The position numbers and the translations under genes are program-made. Shown piece by piece: positions 8,226 through 18,168 of a DNA stretch of 64,000 nucleotides; positions within the stretch are counted from its first letter, which is position 1, and each line of letters opens with the position of its first letter. A model generated the notes under the pieces. It had not been told where the DNA came from, made no database searches, and saw nothing but the letters and a program-made list of their open reading frames with translations. The stretch is from Candidatus Hydrogenedentota bacterium (GTDB lineage: Bacteria; Hydrogenedentota; Hydrogenedentia; Hydrogenedentales; SLHB01), in assembly GCA_045863335.1 (NCBI GenBank), contig BTVY01000018.1:1-64000 (forward strand), read 5' to 3'.

Positions 8226-9371
8226 TCAAAGCGCTGGCACATCGACCCAGCGCCGTTCTTTCCAGGACAGCAGCCCAAGTTCGGCGAGCTGCACGCCTTT
8301 GGCGCCTTCTTTGAGATCCCAGCGGAACGATTCGTCGAGCACGACGTGACGGAGGAAGAGTTCCCACTGCACTTTGAAGGCGTTGTCGTAGACCGTGTTC
8401 GACGGCATCTTCTCCCATCCCGCGCGGAAGTCGATGGGATTTTCGATGTCGGGGTTCCACACCGGTTTCGGCGTGGACGCGTCGGGCTGAATCCAGCATT
8501 CGCGGAGCCCGGCCACGGCCGATCCCTTGCTGCCGTCAACGTGGAAGGTAACGAGATCATCGCGCCGCACGCGGGTGCACCAGGACGAGTTGAACTGGCA
8601 CACGATGTTCTGGTCGGTTGTGAAGGTGCCGTACGCGGAGTCGTCGGTGTCGCAATCGTAGGGTTGGTTGTTTTCGTCCCAGCGGCGTTTGATGTGCGTC
8701 GCGCCCAGGGCGGACACAGCGGTCACATTGCCGAAGAGATTGTCGATGACGTAGCGCCAATGGCAGAACATATCGAGCATGATCCCGCCGCCGTCGGCTT
8801 TCCGGTAGTTCCAGGAGGGACGCTGCGCGCGCTGATGTTCGCCGGTGAAGACCCAGTAGCCGAATTCGCCGCGTACCGAAAGGATCTCGCCGAAAAATCC
8901 GGTGTCGATGAGGTATTTCAGTTTGAGCAGTCCCGGGAGCCAGAGCTTGTCCTGCACGACGCCGTGCTTGACGCCCGCTTTCTTGGCTGCCTGGTAGAGG
9001 TCCAGACCTTCGGCTGAGGTGGTGGCCACGGGTTTCTCGCAGTATACGTGCTTGCCCGCGGCGATGGCTTTCTTCACGTCCGCGTGACGGCGCAGCGTCG
9101 TCTGGGCGTCGAAGTAAACGGGATACTTGGCGTCCTTCAGCAGGGCATCCACATCGGTCGAGTACGGCAAACCGCCGTGGGCCGCTGAGAGGTTCGCGAG
9201 TTTCGACTCGTTGCGGCCAACGAGGATCGGCTCGGGCATGATGACTTCGCCATCGCTCACAGGGATTCCGCCCTGCTCGCGGATGGCGAGAATGGATCGC
9301 ACAAGGTGCTGGTTGGTGCCCATGCGTCCCGTGACGCCGTTCATGATGATTCCTACTGCATGCGTCTTCAT
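8226..9371 (-). CDS. Gfo/Idh/MocA family oxidoreductase
   Basis: Rossmann NGVTGRMG, HVYCEKP, GGGIMLDMFCH. Confidence 0.9.
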   Translation of the reverse strand: MKTHAVGIIMNGVTGRMGTNQHLVRSILAIREQGGIPVSDGEVIMPEPILVGRNESKLANLSAAHGGLPYSTDVDALLKDAKYPVYFDAQTTLRRHADVKKAIAAGKHVYCEKPVATTSAEGLDLYQAAKKAGVKHGVVQDKLWLPGLLKLKYLIDTGFFGEILSVRGEFGYWVFTGEHQRAQRPSWNYRKADGGGIMLDMFCHWRYVIDNLFGNVTAVSALGATHIKRRWDENNQPYDCDTDDSAYGTFTTDQNIVCQFNSSWCTRVRRDDLVTFHVDGSKGSAVAGLRECWIQPDASTPKPVWNPDIENPIDFRAGWEKMPSNTVYDNAFKVQWELFLRHVVLDESFRWDLKEGAKGVQLAELGLLSWKERRWVDVPAL

Positions 9372-9439
9372 GTGTATTCCTTCAGTAACGAAAACCGCCC
9401 GCGTGGATTACGGACGCCCCAATGACTCCCCGCGATTCC

Positions 9440-9784
9440 TCAGGCAAGGACCAGCAGAAACGCGCTGCACGCGACCGCGAACCCTCCGGCGACCGCCGCG
9501 ACAAGGTACAAGACGATCTCGCGGTCCACGTTGGTCGTGTCGATGCTGCGTTCCTTGCGCAACATGGCCCAGCAGGCCAGAAACAGCAGGATCGCGGCGC
9601 ACGCGAACCACAGGGGACCGTACTTGGGCATGGCCATCCAGATGAAGAGCGGAATCAGCACGGGCCCCAGATACCAGAGGGGTAACTTCTGCAACTCGCC
9701 CGGGTTGGCCGTCGGCTCGATGCGCAACTGGTACCGCTCTTCGCCGGTGACTGGGGTGGACTCTTCCGAGGTGTTCTCTTCCAT
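9440..9784 (-). CDS. Small membrane protein (about 3 TM), hypothetical
   Basis: ATG 9784 after GAGGA; acidic N-terminus followed by three hydrophobic segments; fills the gap in a minus-strand operon. Confidence 0.6.
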   Translation of the reverse strand: MEENTSEESTPVTGEERYQLRIEPTANPGELQKLPLWYLGPVLIPLFIWMAMPKYGPLWFACAAILLFLACWAMLRKERSIDTTNVDREIVLYLVAAVAGGFAVACSAFLLVLA

Positions 9785-9822
9785 AATTCTGGTTCCTCGA
9801 AGGCTATGACCGCAACCGCTAT

Positions 9823-11199
9823 CTACGCGTAGGGTTGGTCGAAAAACGTCAGGTAATGCCCGCCGTTTGCGAGCCGCAGCAGATAGACCGCCAATTCCAT
9901 CGCGTGGTAATCGCCCCACATGGACGACTCCCCGAAGGGCACCTTTTTCCCTCGGGGCACGTAATCCCAGCCGTTGGGCCGGTGATAGACCGAATGGAGG
10001 ATGAGGCCTTGATGCTTGGGATTCTCGGATAAATAGGGCGCGGAAAACAAGGTTTCGGCGACGAGCAGGCCCGCCTGGTAGTATTTGCGGCCCGCGTCGA
10101 CCAATCCCAGCACGCGCCCCAGGCGCAACAGGCCCTGCGCAGCGATTGCGGCGGCGGAACTGTCCACCGGCTCGTGGGGGTTGTCCGGTTTCGACGGTTC
10201 GTCAAGATGGCCGGGCATCTGCGCCAGCCCCGGCGCGCCGGTATCCCAATAGGGAATCCCATCGGCCGCCGTGTTGGCGATGTAGAAATCGGCCGTGGCC
10301 CGCGCCGCATCCATCATCATGCGCTTGAGCTTGGCACGTCCGCCGTAGGGTTTGAGGTCCACGTCGTCGATGGCGCTTAGGCATTCGAGTTGTTCGGCGA
10401 AGCCTAGGAGAACCCAGGCCAGCCCGCGCGTCCACGTTGAGAAGGGCGAATAGCCCTGCTGGGTGCTTGGACACCGGTACGCGCCGTCCGTCACATTAAA
10501 AATACTCTCGTGAACGACCCGGCCGCGCTGGTCGTAGGCGTCCCGGCCGGTACCGTAATACACGTTGTACCTTGCCGTGTTTTTCATGTGTTCAATGGCG
10601 CGCCCCAGGAGCGAAATCTTGCGGTCGTTCTCCCCCATGAGGCAATGGCCGAGTTGATGGGCCAGGACCAGAGCGCGGCAGGAGCGGATCGTGTCGCTGA
10701 ACAGGGAGTGCGGACCGTTGAAGGAGCAGATGTAGCCGGTGCCGTCGGCGATGTTAGTCCAGCGCGCGGCCTGCACGGCGCCAGAGGCCTTCAGCGCCAA
10801 CGCGTACATCTCCATCGCGTCGGCGGATTCCTCGGTCCGCCCTTCGCGGGCGAGGCGGCGGAGGTTGCCATACGTGGAAACGTTATTGAAGCCGTGATCG
10901 TGAACGCCGATGTGGGTGACATGCGGCGCCATGTGCCGGACCGTGTGGTCCCGTCCCATCCGGAGGAACCGCTCGTCGCCGGTGGCGTCAAACTGCAGGA
11001 TCTGGCAGCCGTACTGAAATCCCTGGGTCCATTCCGTCCAGCCCCGGGCGGTGTACTTGCCGCGCCGGGTAAAGACGGGCGCGCCTTTTGCCGTGTCCCA
11101 GGTGCGATCCAGGTCCCGGATCTTCCCGCCGGCCAACTCGAAAAAGCAGTCGAGAGCCGAACGCAGATCGCCGGGTTTTCGTTCATGATTCAACAGCAT
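9823..11199 (-). CDS. Glycoside hydrolase family 88 (unsaturated glucuronyl hydrolase-like)
   Basis: WTQGF, HDHGF, STWTRGLAW, IPYWD, DSSAAAIAA and WGDY motifs. Confidence 0.85.
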   Translation of the reverse strand: MLLNHERKPGDLRSALDCFFELAGGKIRDLDRTWDTAKGAPVFTRRGKYTARGWTEWTQGFQYGCQILQFDATGDERFLRMGRDHTVRHMAPHVTHIGVHDHGFNNVSTYGNLRRLAREGRTEESADAMEMYALALKASGAVQAARWTNIADGTGYICSFNGPHSLFSDTIRSCRALVLAHQLGHCLMGENDRKISLLGRAIEHMKNTARYNVYYGTGRDAYDQRGRVVHESIFNVTDGAYRCPSTQQGYSPFSTWTRGLAWVLLGFAEQLECLSAIDDVDLKPYGGRAKLKRMMMDAARATADFYIANTAADGIPYWDTGAPGLAQMPGHLDEPSKPDNPHEPVDSSAAAIAAQGLLRLGRVLGLVDAGRKYYQAGLLVAETLFSAPYLSENPKHQGLILHSVYHRPNGWDYVPRGKKVPFGESSMWGDYHAMELAVYLLRLANGGHYLTFFDQPYA

Positions 11200-11303
11200 A
11201 TGAATGGATGTATCCCGCTTGGCCGTATCGCATTATGAATGGCGGCGGAGCTTTCCCAAGCAACTCCGCACCGGTCCCCACTATACCATTCCGGGCGGGG
11301 GTG

Positions 11304-12254
11304 TTAAACGGGACCGGGCGAGACTCCGGAGGCGGGTTGCCGGGAGCGCCAGTAGTTGGCGAGGGCGGAACCGGTCAGGTTGTGCGCGACGCTGAAGAGA
11401 CTGGCGGGAAGCGCGACGAGAGCGCTGTCGAAATGGGCTTTGGCGAGGGCCACGCCGAGTCCGCTGTTTTGCATGCCCACTTCGACGGCGATGGTGCGCC
11501 GCGCTGAAATGGGGAGACGAAAGAGGGTCGCGAGTCCGTATCCGAGACTCATGCCGAGGAGGTTATGGGCGAAGACAAGTACGCCCAGAATCCCGAGGGC
11601 GTCGGCCAGTGTGTCGCGGGACAGCGCCACGACGGCCGCAATGATTAGTACGATAATGAGCACGGAGAGCGCCGGAAATACGGACAGAAATCGCTCGACG
11701 CGGCGCCCCGCGAAATTCCGGATGAGAAAGCCCGCGCCCACGGGTATGAGTACGATCTTGACGACGCTCATGAAGAGCCCCCAGGAATCGACCGGGAGGA
11801 AGGATCCGCCCAACACGCCGATGAGCCACGGCGTGACCAGAATTGCCAGTATCGTCGAGCAGGCGGTCATGGTGACCGAGAGCGCCACGTCGGCTTTTGC
11901 CAGGTACGCGATTACGTTCGAGGCCGTGCCGCCGGGGCAGCAGCCGAGGATAATGAAGCCCATGGCGAATTCAGGGGAAAGCCGGAATCCTCTGGCGATG
12001 GCCCAAGCGACCAGGGGCATGATGAGGAACTGGCCGAGGACGCCGCAGAGGATGGCGCGCGGCATCCGTACGACCCGCGCGAAGTCTTCGGGGACGAGAG
12101 TCATGCCCATTCCAAACATGATCAGGCCCAAGCCCGGCACAATCCCCGGCGCGAGCCACGCAAACGGGCGGGGAACCAGATAGGCGGCGAAAGAGAACAC
12201 GAGGACCCAAAGGACGAACTTATTGGTCCAGATCGTCTGCAGCTTGTTATTCAT
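11304..12254 (-). CDS. Bile acid:sodium symporter (BASS) family transporter
   Basis: IMFGMGMTL, PGGTASNV and EVGMQNSGLG; multiple TM helices; start at ATG 12254. Confidence 0.92.
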   Translation of the reverse strand: MNNKLQTIWTNKFVLWVLVFSFAAYLVPRPFAWLAPGIVPGLGLIMFGMGMTLVPEDFARVVRMPRAILCGVLGQFLIMPLVAWAIARGFRLSPEFAMGFIILGCCPGGTASNVIAYLAKADVALSVTMTACSTILAILVTPWLIGVLGGSFLPVDSWGLFMSVVKIVLIPVGAGFLIRNFAGRRVERFLSVFPALSVLIIVLIIAAVVALSRDTLADALGILGVLVFAHNLLGMSLGYGLATLFRLPISARRTIAVEVGMQNSGLGVALAKAHFDSALVALPASLFSVAHNLTGSALANYWRSRQPASGVSPGPV

Positions 12255-12444
12255 GCGTTGGCTACCTTTGCCGACGGTTACGGGCAGTCTGACAAAGCGC
12301 CTTTGCCCATTCAAGGCATAGAACAAGGAGAGCAAGCTTGACCCCGACTTCGGGGGATGCTACTTTCTGGGTTGGTGCAAGCAACGCAAGGATTTCACAC
12401 GCGTGGAGTCTGTTCATCGTTCTGACAGAGGAGGAGAAACGATC

Positions 12445-12858
12445 ATGGGTTTGAACGCCCCCGATATCGACCTGGAATCGGCCCGGCGCGTGGTAGATGC
12501 TGCGCGGAAGAAGGCCGCTGACCTCGGCTGCAAGATGAATATTGCCGTCGTGGACGTTGGCGCGAATCTGAAGGCCTTCGCCCGTATGGACGGCGCGTGG
12601 TTGGGCAGTATCGACATCTCGATCAAGAAGGCGCGGACGGCCCGCTTCTTCGACATGCCGACGGGCGCCATCGGCGAGTTGAGCCAGCCCGGCGGATCGC
12701 TTTTCAACATCGAGGTGTCAAACGGCGGTCTGATCACCTTCCCCGGCGGGGTGCCGTTGAAGGACAAATCGGGTAACGTCGTGGGCGCCATCGGCGTGTC
12801 CGGATCCACGGTCGAAAACGACCACGCCTGTGCGACGGCAGGCGCGGAAGCGCTCTAG
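12445..12858 (+). CDS. GlcG/HbpS family heme-binding protein
   Basis: IAVVD.G, RMDGA, KKARTA, GGVP and GAIGVSG; RBS GAGGAG before ATG 12445. Confidence 0.9.
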   Translation: MGLNAPDIDLESARRVVDAARKKAADLGCKMNIAVVDVGANLKAFARMDGAWLGSIDISIKKARTARFFDMPTGAIGELSQPGGSLFNIEVSNGGLITFPGGVPLKDKSGNVVGAIGVSGSTVENDHACATAGAEAL

Positions 12859-12874
12859 GCCAACGTTAACTTTC

Positions 12875-12905
12875 GGGGAGACCGTTCGTGAGAAGCGGTC
12901 TCCCC
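12875..12905 (+). terminator. Stem-loop after the GlcG gene
   Basis: GGGGAGACCG-N11-CGGTCTCCCC, followed by a pyrimidine tract. Confidence 0.5.
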
Positions 12906-12984
12906 TTCTCCCCCGCCGCATCTGAATATCCGCAGTAACCGTGCGCATCAGCGCCCCTGCCGACGAGAAAGGACTCAACGCATC

Positions 12985-13995
12985 ATGGGTCACACAATCT
13001 GCATCATTCCCGGAGACGGAATCGGACCGGAGGTCGCCACGGCCGCGCGGCGCGTCATCGACGCTTCGGGGGCGTCTATCGATTGGGTGGAGTTGCCGGC
13101 CGGCGCGGGCGCGGTGGAGAAGTACGGCGAAGTTCTTCCCGAGGAGACGGTCCGGGCCATCGAGGCGCATCGGGTTGCGCTCAAAGGCCCTGTGACGACA
13201 CCCATCGGGGGCGGATTCACGAGCGTGAATGTGGGGTTGCGCAAGCGGCTGAATCTCTACGCGGCGGTACGGCCGGTTCGTTCGCTGCCGGGGGTGAAGA
13301 CGCGTTACGAAGACGTGGATCTCGTAGTCGTGCGGGAAAACACGGAGGGCCTCTATTCGGGACTGGAAAATGAAATCACCGCGGGCGTGGTGCAGAGCCT
13401 GAAGATCGCCACGCGCACGGCGTGCGAACGCATCGCGCGGTACGCCTTCAACTACTGCCATGAACGGGGCCGCAAGCGCGTCACAGTCTTTCACAAGGCG
13501 AACATCCTCAAGAAATCCGATGGGCTTTTCCTGACTTGCGCGCGGGAAGTTCGCGATGCCATGGTAAACGGCGTCGAGTATGAGGAACTCATCATCGACA
13601 ACGGGTGCATGCAGCTCGTGCGCGACCCCACGCGATTCGACGTGGTGCTTATGGAAAACCTGTACGGCGATATCGTGAGCGATTTGTGCGCGGGGCTAGT
13701 CGGCGGTTTGGGCGTTGTGCCGGGCGCGAACATCGGTGACGGATGCGCGGTATTCGAGGCGGTCCATGGAAGTGCGCCCGACATCGCGGGGCAGAACCTT
13801 GCGAATCCGCTGGCGCTGATCATGAGCGGCGTGATGATGCTCAATCACCTGGGCGAGACCGGGGCCGCGACACGAATCCGGGATGCTTACGACGCCGTAC
13901 TCGCGGAAGGCAACCCGGCAGAGTTGACTCGTGACATAGGCGGCACGGGGGGCACGAGCACCTTCGCGGACGCGCTAATCAAACGATTGGGATAG
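12985..13995 (+). CDS. icd: Isocitrate/isopropylmalate dehydrogenase family, probably NAD-dependent isocitrate dehydrogenase
   Basis: PGDGIGPEV, KGPVTTPIGGGFTSVNV, RENTEG, HKANI, NLYGDIVSD, EAVHGSAPDIAG. Confidence 0.8.
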   Translation: MGHTICIIPGDGIGPEVATAARRVIDASGASIDWVELPAGAGAVEKYGEVLPEETVRAIEAHRVALKGPVTTPIGGGFTSVNVGLRKRLNLYAAVRPVRSLPGVKTRYEDVDLVVVRENTEGLYSGLENEITAGVVQSLKIATRTACERIARYAFNYCHERGRKRVTVFHKANILKKSDGLFLTCAREVRDAMVNGVEYEELIIDNGCMQLVRDPTRFDVVLMENLYGDIVSDLCAGLVGGLGVVPGANIGDGCAVFEAVHGSAPDIAGQNLANPLALIMSGVMMLNHLGETGAATRIRDAYDAVLAEGNPAELTRDIGGTGGTSTFADALIKRLG

Positions 13996-14028
13996 GGGAA
14001 AGTCCGCGCTGATTCCGCGGAATCGGGG

Positions 14029-14439
14029 TCACGTATCACCGAAGGCTTTTTTCGCCCTGATGACGCAGCTCGCGTCGCTGCACCCGCCGCTGTCGGTCAT
14101 GGTCCAACCTTCGCCGTTGAGTTCGAAACCCATTTCGACCCCCGCATACGTGGGATCCCCCGAACTCCGGGCGTTCTTGACGAATAGGTCCACCTTTCCA
14201 AAAGCGGTACCGAAGAAAACGTACTCGCGCGCGGTGGTCACCACCGCCACGGTAGCCGTGTCTGGCTTGCCTTTGTATGGTTGGCGGTAGTGGGCTATCT
14301 CGTCCTGGGCGGATTCGTAGAGGCTTTCCCGCAACCGGTAGTCGTCGACCGCGTGATAGGCCCAGGCCGCGCACGTGCAAAACAGAAGGACCACCAGAAT
14401 CCGGGTGCTCGCCGATAAGCGCCGCTTTTCCAATGACAT
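14029..14439 (-). CDS. Hypothetical membrane-anchored or exported protein
   Basis: ATG 14439 after GAGGGA; N-terminal hydrophobic helix; C-terminal Cys pair. Confidence 0.55.
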   Translation of the reverse strand: MSLEKRRLSASTRILVVLLFCTCAAWAYHAVDDYRLRESLYESAQDEIAHYRQPYKGKPDTATVAVVTTAREYVFFGTAFGKVDLFVKNARSSGDPTYAGVEMGFELNGEGWTMTDSGGCSDASCVIRAKKAFGDT

Positions 14440-14629
14440 CCGGATTTCCCTCTCTGCCAGACCGTTGGCCTGAATCACGCAACCCACGTGTACATTCACA
14501 GAACCCGTGCGCGCAGGTCAGTGATTTCCATGCCGGAGACAACCTTGCTCGACTCGGGCACTTCATGCAGTATACTCGGTACTGCTTGGTTTGTTAACCC
14601 TTCGAAGCTGCATGCAGGTGACGTACAGG

Positions 14630-17600
14630 ATGCGGAAATCGGCAATATTGGGGCGTTTCTTTTCGCGCCGCCGCTCAAGGCACGTGGCGGCGGCGGCGTT
14701 GTCCGTTCTATGGTGGTCCACGCTGAACCTGGCAGTCGCCACCGATTCGACTATCCGGTTTGATCGGGACATTCGCCCCATTCTCTCCGAGAATTGTTTC
14801 GTGTGCCACGGCCCGGATGCAGCCGAACGGAAGGCGGATTTGCGGCTGGACGACGGGATAGACGCCTACGAGGATCAGAAGTCCGGATTGCCGACCGTTG
14901 TTCCCGGGAAGCGAGCGCACAGCGAATTGTACCTCCGCATCGCGAGCGACGATCCCGACGAGAGGATGCCCCCCTCTGATTTCAGCAAGACGTTGTCCGC
15001 CGAGGAAATCGAGTCGATCGGAGCGTGGATCGACGCGGGCGCGCAGTGGGAGCAGCATTGGTCGTTGAAGCCGATGGAGCGGCCCGCGGTTCCCGAGGTT
15101 CGCGAGCCGGAATGGCCGAGGAACGCCATCGACCGGTTCATCCTCGCGAAGCTGGAATCGCGCGGGCTCACGCATAGCCCGGAAGCCGACCGGCGCACGT
15201 TGATCCGACGGCTGACCTACGACTTGCACGGGTTGCCGCCGACGCCCGAAGAGGTCGACGCGTTTGTGTCCGATCCAGACCCCGATGCCTACGAGAAATT
15301 GGTCGATCGCCTGCTGGATTCCCCCCGCTACGGCGAACGTTGGGGGCGTCACTGGCTGGACGTGGTTCACTATGGCGACACGCACGGCTACGACAAGGAC
15401 AAGCGGCGGGATCACGCGTGGCCGTACCGGGACTATGTCATCCGCGCGCTCAACACGGACAAACCCTACGACCGGTTCATCCGCGAACAGATTGCGGGGG
15501 ACGTGTTGTATCCGGAGGATCCGGACGGGATTGTCGCCACAGGGTTCATCGCGGCGGGGCCCTGGGATTTCGTCGGCCATGCCGAACTCCGGGAAGGCAC
15601 CAAAGACAAGAAGATCACGCGGCTGCTGGATCGCGACGACATGGTCGTGAACGCGATGGGGACCTTCGTCAGCGCGACGGTGCAGTGCGCGCGGTGTCAC
15701 GACCATAAGTTCGACCCCATTTCCCAGGAAGACTATTACGGACTCCAAGCCGTATTCGCCGGGGTGGATCGGGCGGACAGAGCCTACGACACAGATGCGG
15801 CCGTTCACCGCGAGCGGCGGCTCCTGGAAGCGCAACAGCGCGATTTGGTGACTCGCAAAGAGCACGTAGATTCCGTCGTGGCCGCGGTAACGAGTCCGAA
15901 AATCGAGGCGCTGGACGCGAAACTGGCTCCCCTCCGCGAAGAGCGCGCGGCGTTGGAGAAGCAATCGAAGTCGAGTCCGAGCAATGGGTATCACAGCGCA
16001 ATTGCGGCTTCGCAGGACACCGCGAAGTGGGTTCAGGCCGATCTGGGCGAGCCTCAGGCAATCGATTCCATCGTCCTCGTGCCCGCGCGTCCGACCGATT
16101 TCGCCGATACGCCGGGTTTTGGTTTTCCGCTGCGGTACCGGGTCGAGATCTCCGAGTCGGCGGACTTCTCGCGCAGCGTCGTTATCGAACAATTCGCGGA
16201 TGCGGATGCGCCGAATCCGGGCGACGAGCCGCGCGAAGTACCGGTCGGGGATTTGACCGCGCGGTATGTGCGCGTCACCGCGACCCGGCTCTGGGAACGC
16301 ACGGACGACTATGTGTTTGCGTTGGCGGAGTTGCAGGTGCAGGCGAACGGCGTCAACGTTGCCGAGGGCAAACCGGTCACCGCGTTGGATTCGATCGAGG
16401 CCGGACGTTGGAGCACGAAGTACCTCGTGGACACGTTCAGCAGTAGAGCTTCACTCCTTGCCAAGAAGGATGGCGAGAGCCTGCTTGCAGAAATGGATGC
16501 CACCATCGCTGCGCTCACCGAGGAGCGAACGCAAGCGGTCGATGCGTTGCTGGATGATGCGACAAAGTCGGAACGCCGCGAAGTAAGCGAGGCGCTGGCA
16601 GAAGTGACGGCAAGGTTAGCCGCGTTGCCGGTGCCCGACAAGGTCTACGCCGCCGCGCCGGACTTCAAAGCGCAGGGCGCCTTCACGCCGCCGGACGGGC
16701 CGCGCGAAGTCCACGTACTCGCGCGGGGCGACGTGATGCAGCCGGGATCGGAAGCACGGCCCGGCGCGCTCGAGTGTGTCTCCTCGCTGCAACCACGTTT
16801 CGCACTCGAGAATACGGACGACGAAGGCGCGCGCCGGGCAGCGCTTGCGGAGTGGATCGCCGATCCGGCCAATCCCCTTACGTGGCGGTCCATCGTGAAT
16901 CGCGTGTGGCACTATCACGTTGGGCGCGGCATCGTCGATACGCCCAACGACTTTGGCCGGATGGGGTCTCCGCCTACGCATCCGGAGCTGCTCGATTGGC
17001 TGGCGCTGGAGTTCCTGGATCACGGCGCGTCGCTGAAGTGGCTGCATCGCACGATCGTTACAAGCGCCACGTACCGGCAGGTCAGTCAGACCAACGAGGC
17101 CAACGAGCAGATTGACGGCGGCAATCAGTACCTCTGGCGCATGAACCGCCGACAACTCGATGCGGAATCTATTCGGGACGCGGTCTTGTACGTAAGCGGC
17201 AAGCTGGACTTCACGATGGGCGGGCCCGGTTTCGACCTGTTCGCATTCGAGGACGACCACTCGCCGCGATACCGCTACAGCGAGTTCGACGTGAACGATC
17301 CGAAGAGCTTTCGCCGCTCGGTGTACCGGTTCGTGGTGCGCAGCGTGCCCGATCCGTTTATGGAGTGCCTGGACAGCGCCGACCCGTCGCAGAACGTGCC
17401 CGTCCGAAACGAGACACTTACCGCATTGCAGGCGCTGGCGCTCATGAACAATCCCGTAATTGTGAACCAGGCGGAATTCATGGCGGAACGTGTCGCGCGC
17501 GAAACGGACACGCCGGAAGAAGCCATCGGGTTTGCATGGCGGCTGGCGCTGAGCCGGGAGCCGACCGAGCGCGAACTGGCGGCAATAGTGCCATACGGTG

Positions 17601-17668
17601 AGGAACACGGGCTCGCCAACGCGTGCCGCGTCATCCTGAACAGCAACGAATTCATGTTCGTGGACTGA
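14630..17668 (+). CDS. PSD1/planctomycete cytochrome c protein (PSCyt1 + DUF1549 + discoidin-like insert + DUF1553)
   Basis: CFVCH and CARCH heme motifs; YGERWGRHWLD, HKFDP, NRVW, PTHPELLDWLA, QALALMN. Start is uncertain (14591-14630). Confidence 0.9.
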   Translation: MRKSAILGRFFSRRRSRHVAAAALSVLWWSTLNLAVATDSTIRFDRDIRPILSENCFVCHGPDAAERKADLRLDDGIDAYEDQKSGLPTVVPGKRAHSELYLRIASDDPDERMPPSDFSKTLSAEEIESIGAWIDAGAQWEQHWSLKPMERPAVPEVREPEWPRNAIDRFILAKLESRGLTHSPEADRRTLIRRLTYDLHGLPPTPEEVDAFVSDPDPDAYEKLVDRLLDSPRYGERWGRHWLDVVHYGDTHGYDKDKRRDHAWPYRDYVIRALNTDKPYDRFIREQIAGDVLYPEDPDGIVATGFIAAGPWDFVGHAELREGTKDKKITRLLDRDDMVVNAMGTFVSATVQCARCHDHKFDPISQEDYYGLQAVFAGVDRADRAYDTDAAVHRERRLLEAQQRDLVTRKEHVDSVVAAVTSPKIEALDAKLAPLREERAALEKQSKSSPSNGYHSAIAASQDTAKWVQADLGEPQAIDSIVLVPARPTDFADTPGFGFPLRYRVEISESADFSRSVVIEQFADADAPNPGDEPREVPVGDLTARYVRVTATRLWERTDDYVFALAELQVQANGVNVAEGKPVTALDSIEAGRWSTKYLVDTFSSRASLLAKKDGESLLAEMDATIAALTEERTQAVDALLDDATKSERREVSEALAEVTARLAALPVPDKVYAAAPDFKAQGAFTPPDGPREVHVLARGDVMQPGSEARPGALECVSSLQPRFALENTDDEGARRAALAEWIADPANPLTWRSIVNRVWHYHVGRGIVDTPNDFGRMGSPPTHPELLDWLALEFLDHGASLKWLHRTIVTSATYRQVSQTNEANEQIDGGNQYLWRMNRRQLDAESIRDAVLYVSGKLDFTMGGPGFDLFAFEDDHSPRYRYSEFDVNDPKSFRRSVYRFVVRSVPDPFMECLDSADPSQNVPVRNETLTALQALALMNNPVIVNQAEFMAERVARETDTPEEAIGFAWRLALSREPTERELAAIVPYGEEHGLANACRVILNSNEFMFVD

Positions 17669-17676
17669 CGAATCCG

Positions 17677-18168
17677 CTACCCGTTCGCTGCACACCACTC
17701 CAAGAGGGCGGCCCACTCTTGCCGCTGCATTTCCACAAGGTCAGGGGCCCCTTGCCGGTAGCGGCGTTCGACCTCGTCGATGAAGGCATGGGGGTCGTAA
17801 CCCCGTATGGACTTCATGGCCGGATGGGCTCCAACGCGGCGGAACCAATAGTGGCTGTTGCTGAAGTCGCCCTCGCGCCGGTGCATGATGCCATGCCAGA
17901 ACGAGCCGGTGGCGTCGTCGATCCCCTGGCTGATGACGTGGCTGCGGTCCAGTTCATCCACATAAAGCCACAGCCCCGCGCATAGAGCGGGGTTCGCAGC
18001 CAGGGCCGGTTCGGCGAGGATTCGCTCCGCAGTACCGGCATGCGGTGACGGCGCGGTTACCACCAAGTCCGGCATGGCCTGTTCCAACGGATACTCGGCA
18101 AGCAGCGGCGCGACAGCGGCTGTGACCGCGTCGGGGAGCTTCATTTCGTATTTCCTCGTATCGATCAT
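17677..18168 (-). CDS. Conserved hypothetical helical protein
   Basis: SH.ISQ...GSFWHGIMHRREGDFSNSHYWF motif; 4-bp overlap with the upstream gene. Confidence 0.75.
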   Translation of the reverse strand: MIDTRKYEMKLPDAVTAAVAPLLAEYPLEQAMPDLVVTAPSPHAGTAERILAEPALAANPALCAGLWLYVDELDRSHVISQGIDDATGSFWHGIMHRREGDFSNSHYWFRRVGAHPAMKSIRGYDPHAFIDEVERRYRQGAPDLVEMQRQEWAALLEWCAANG

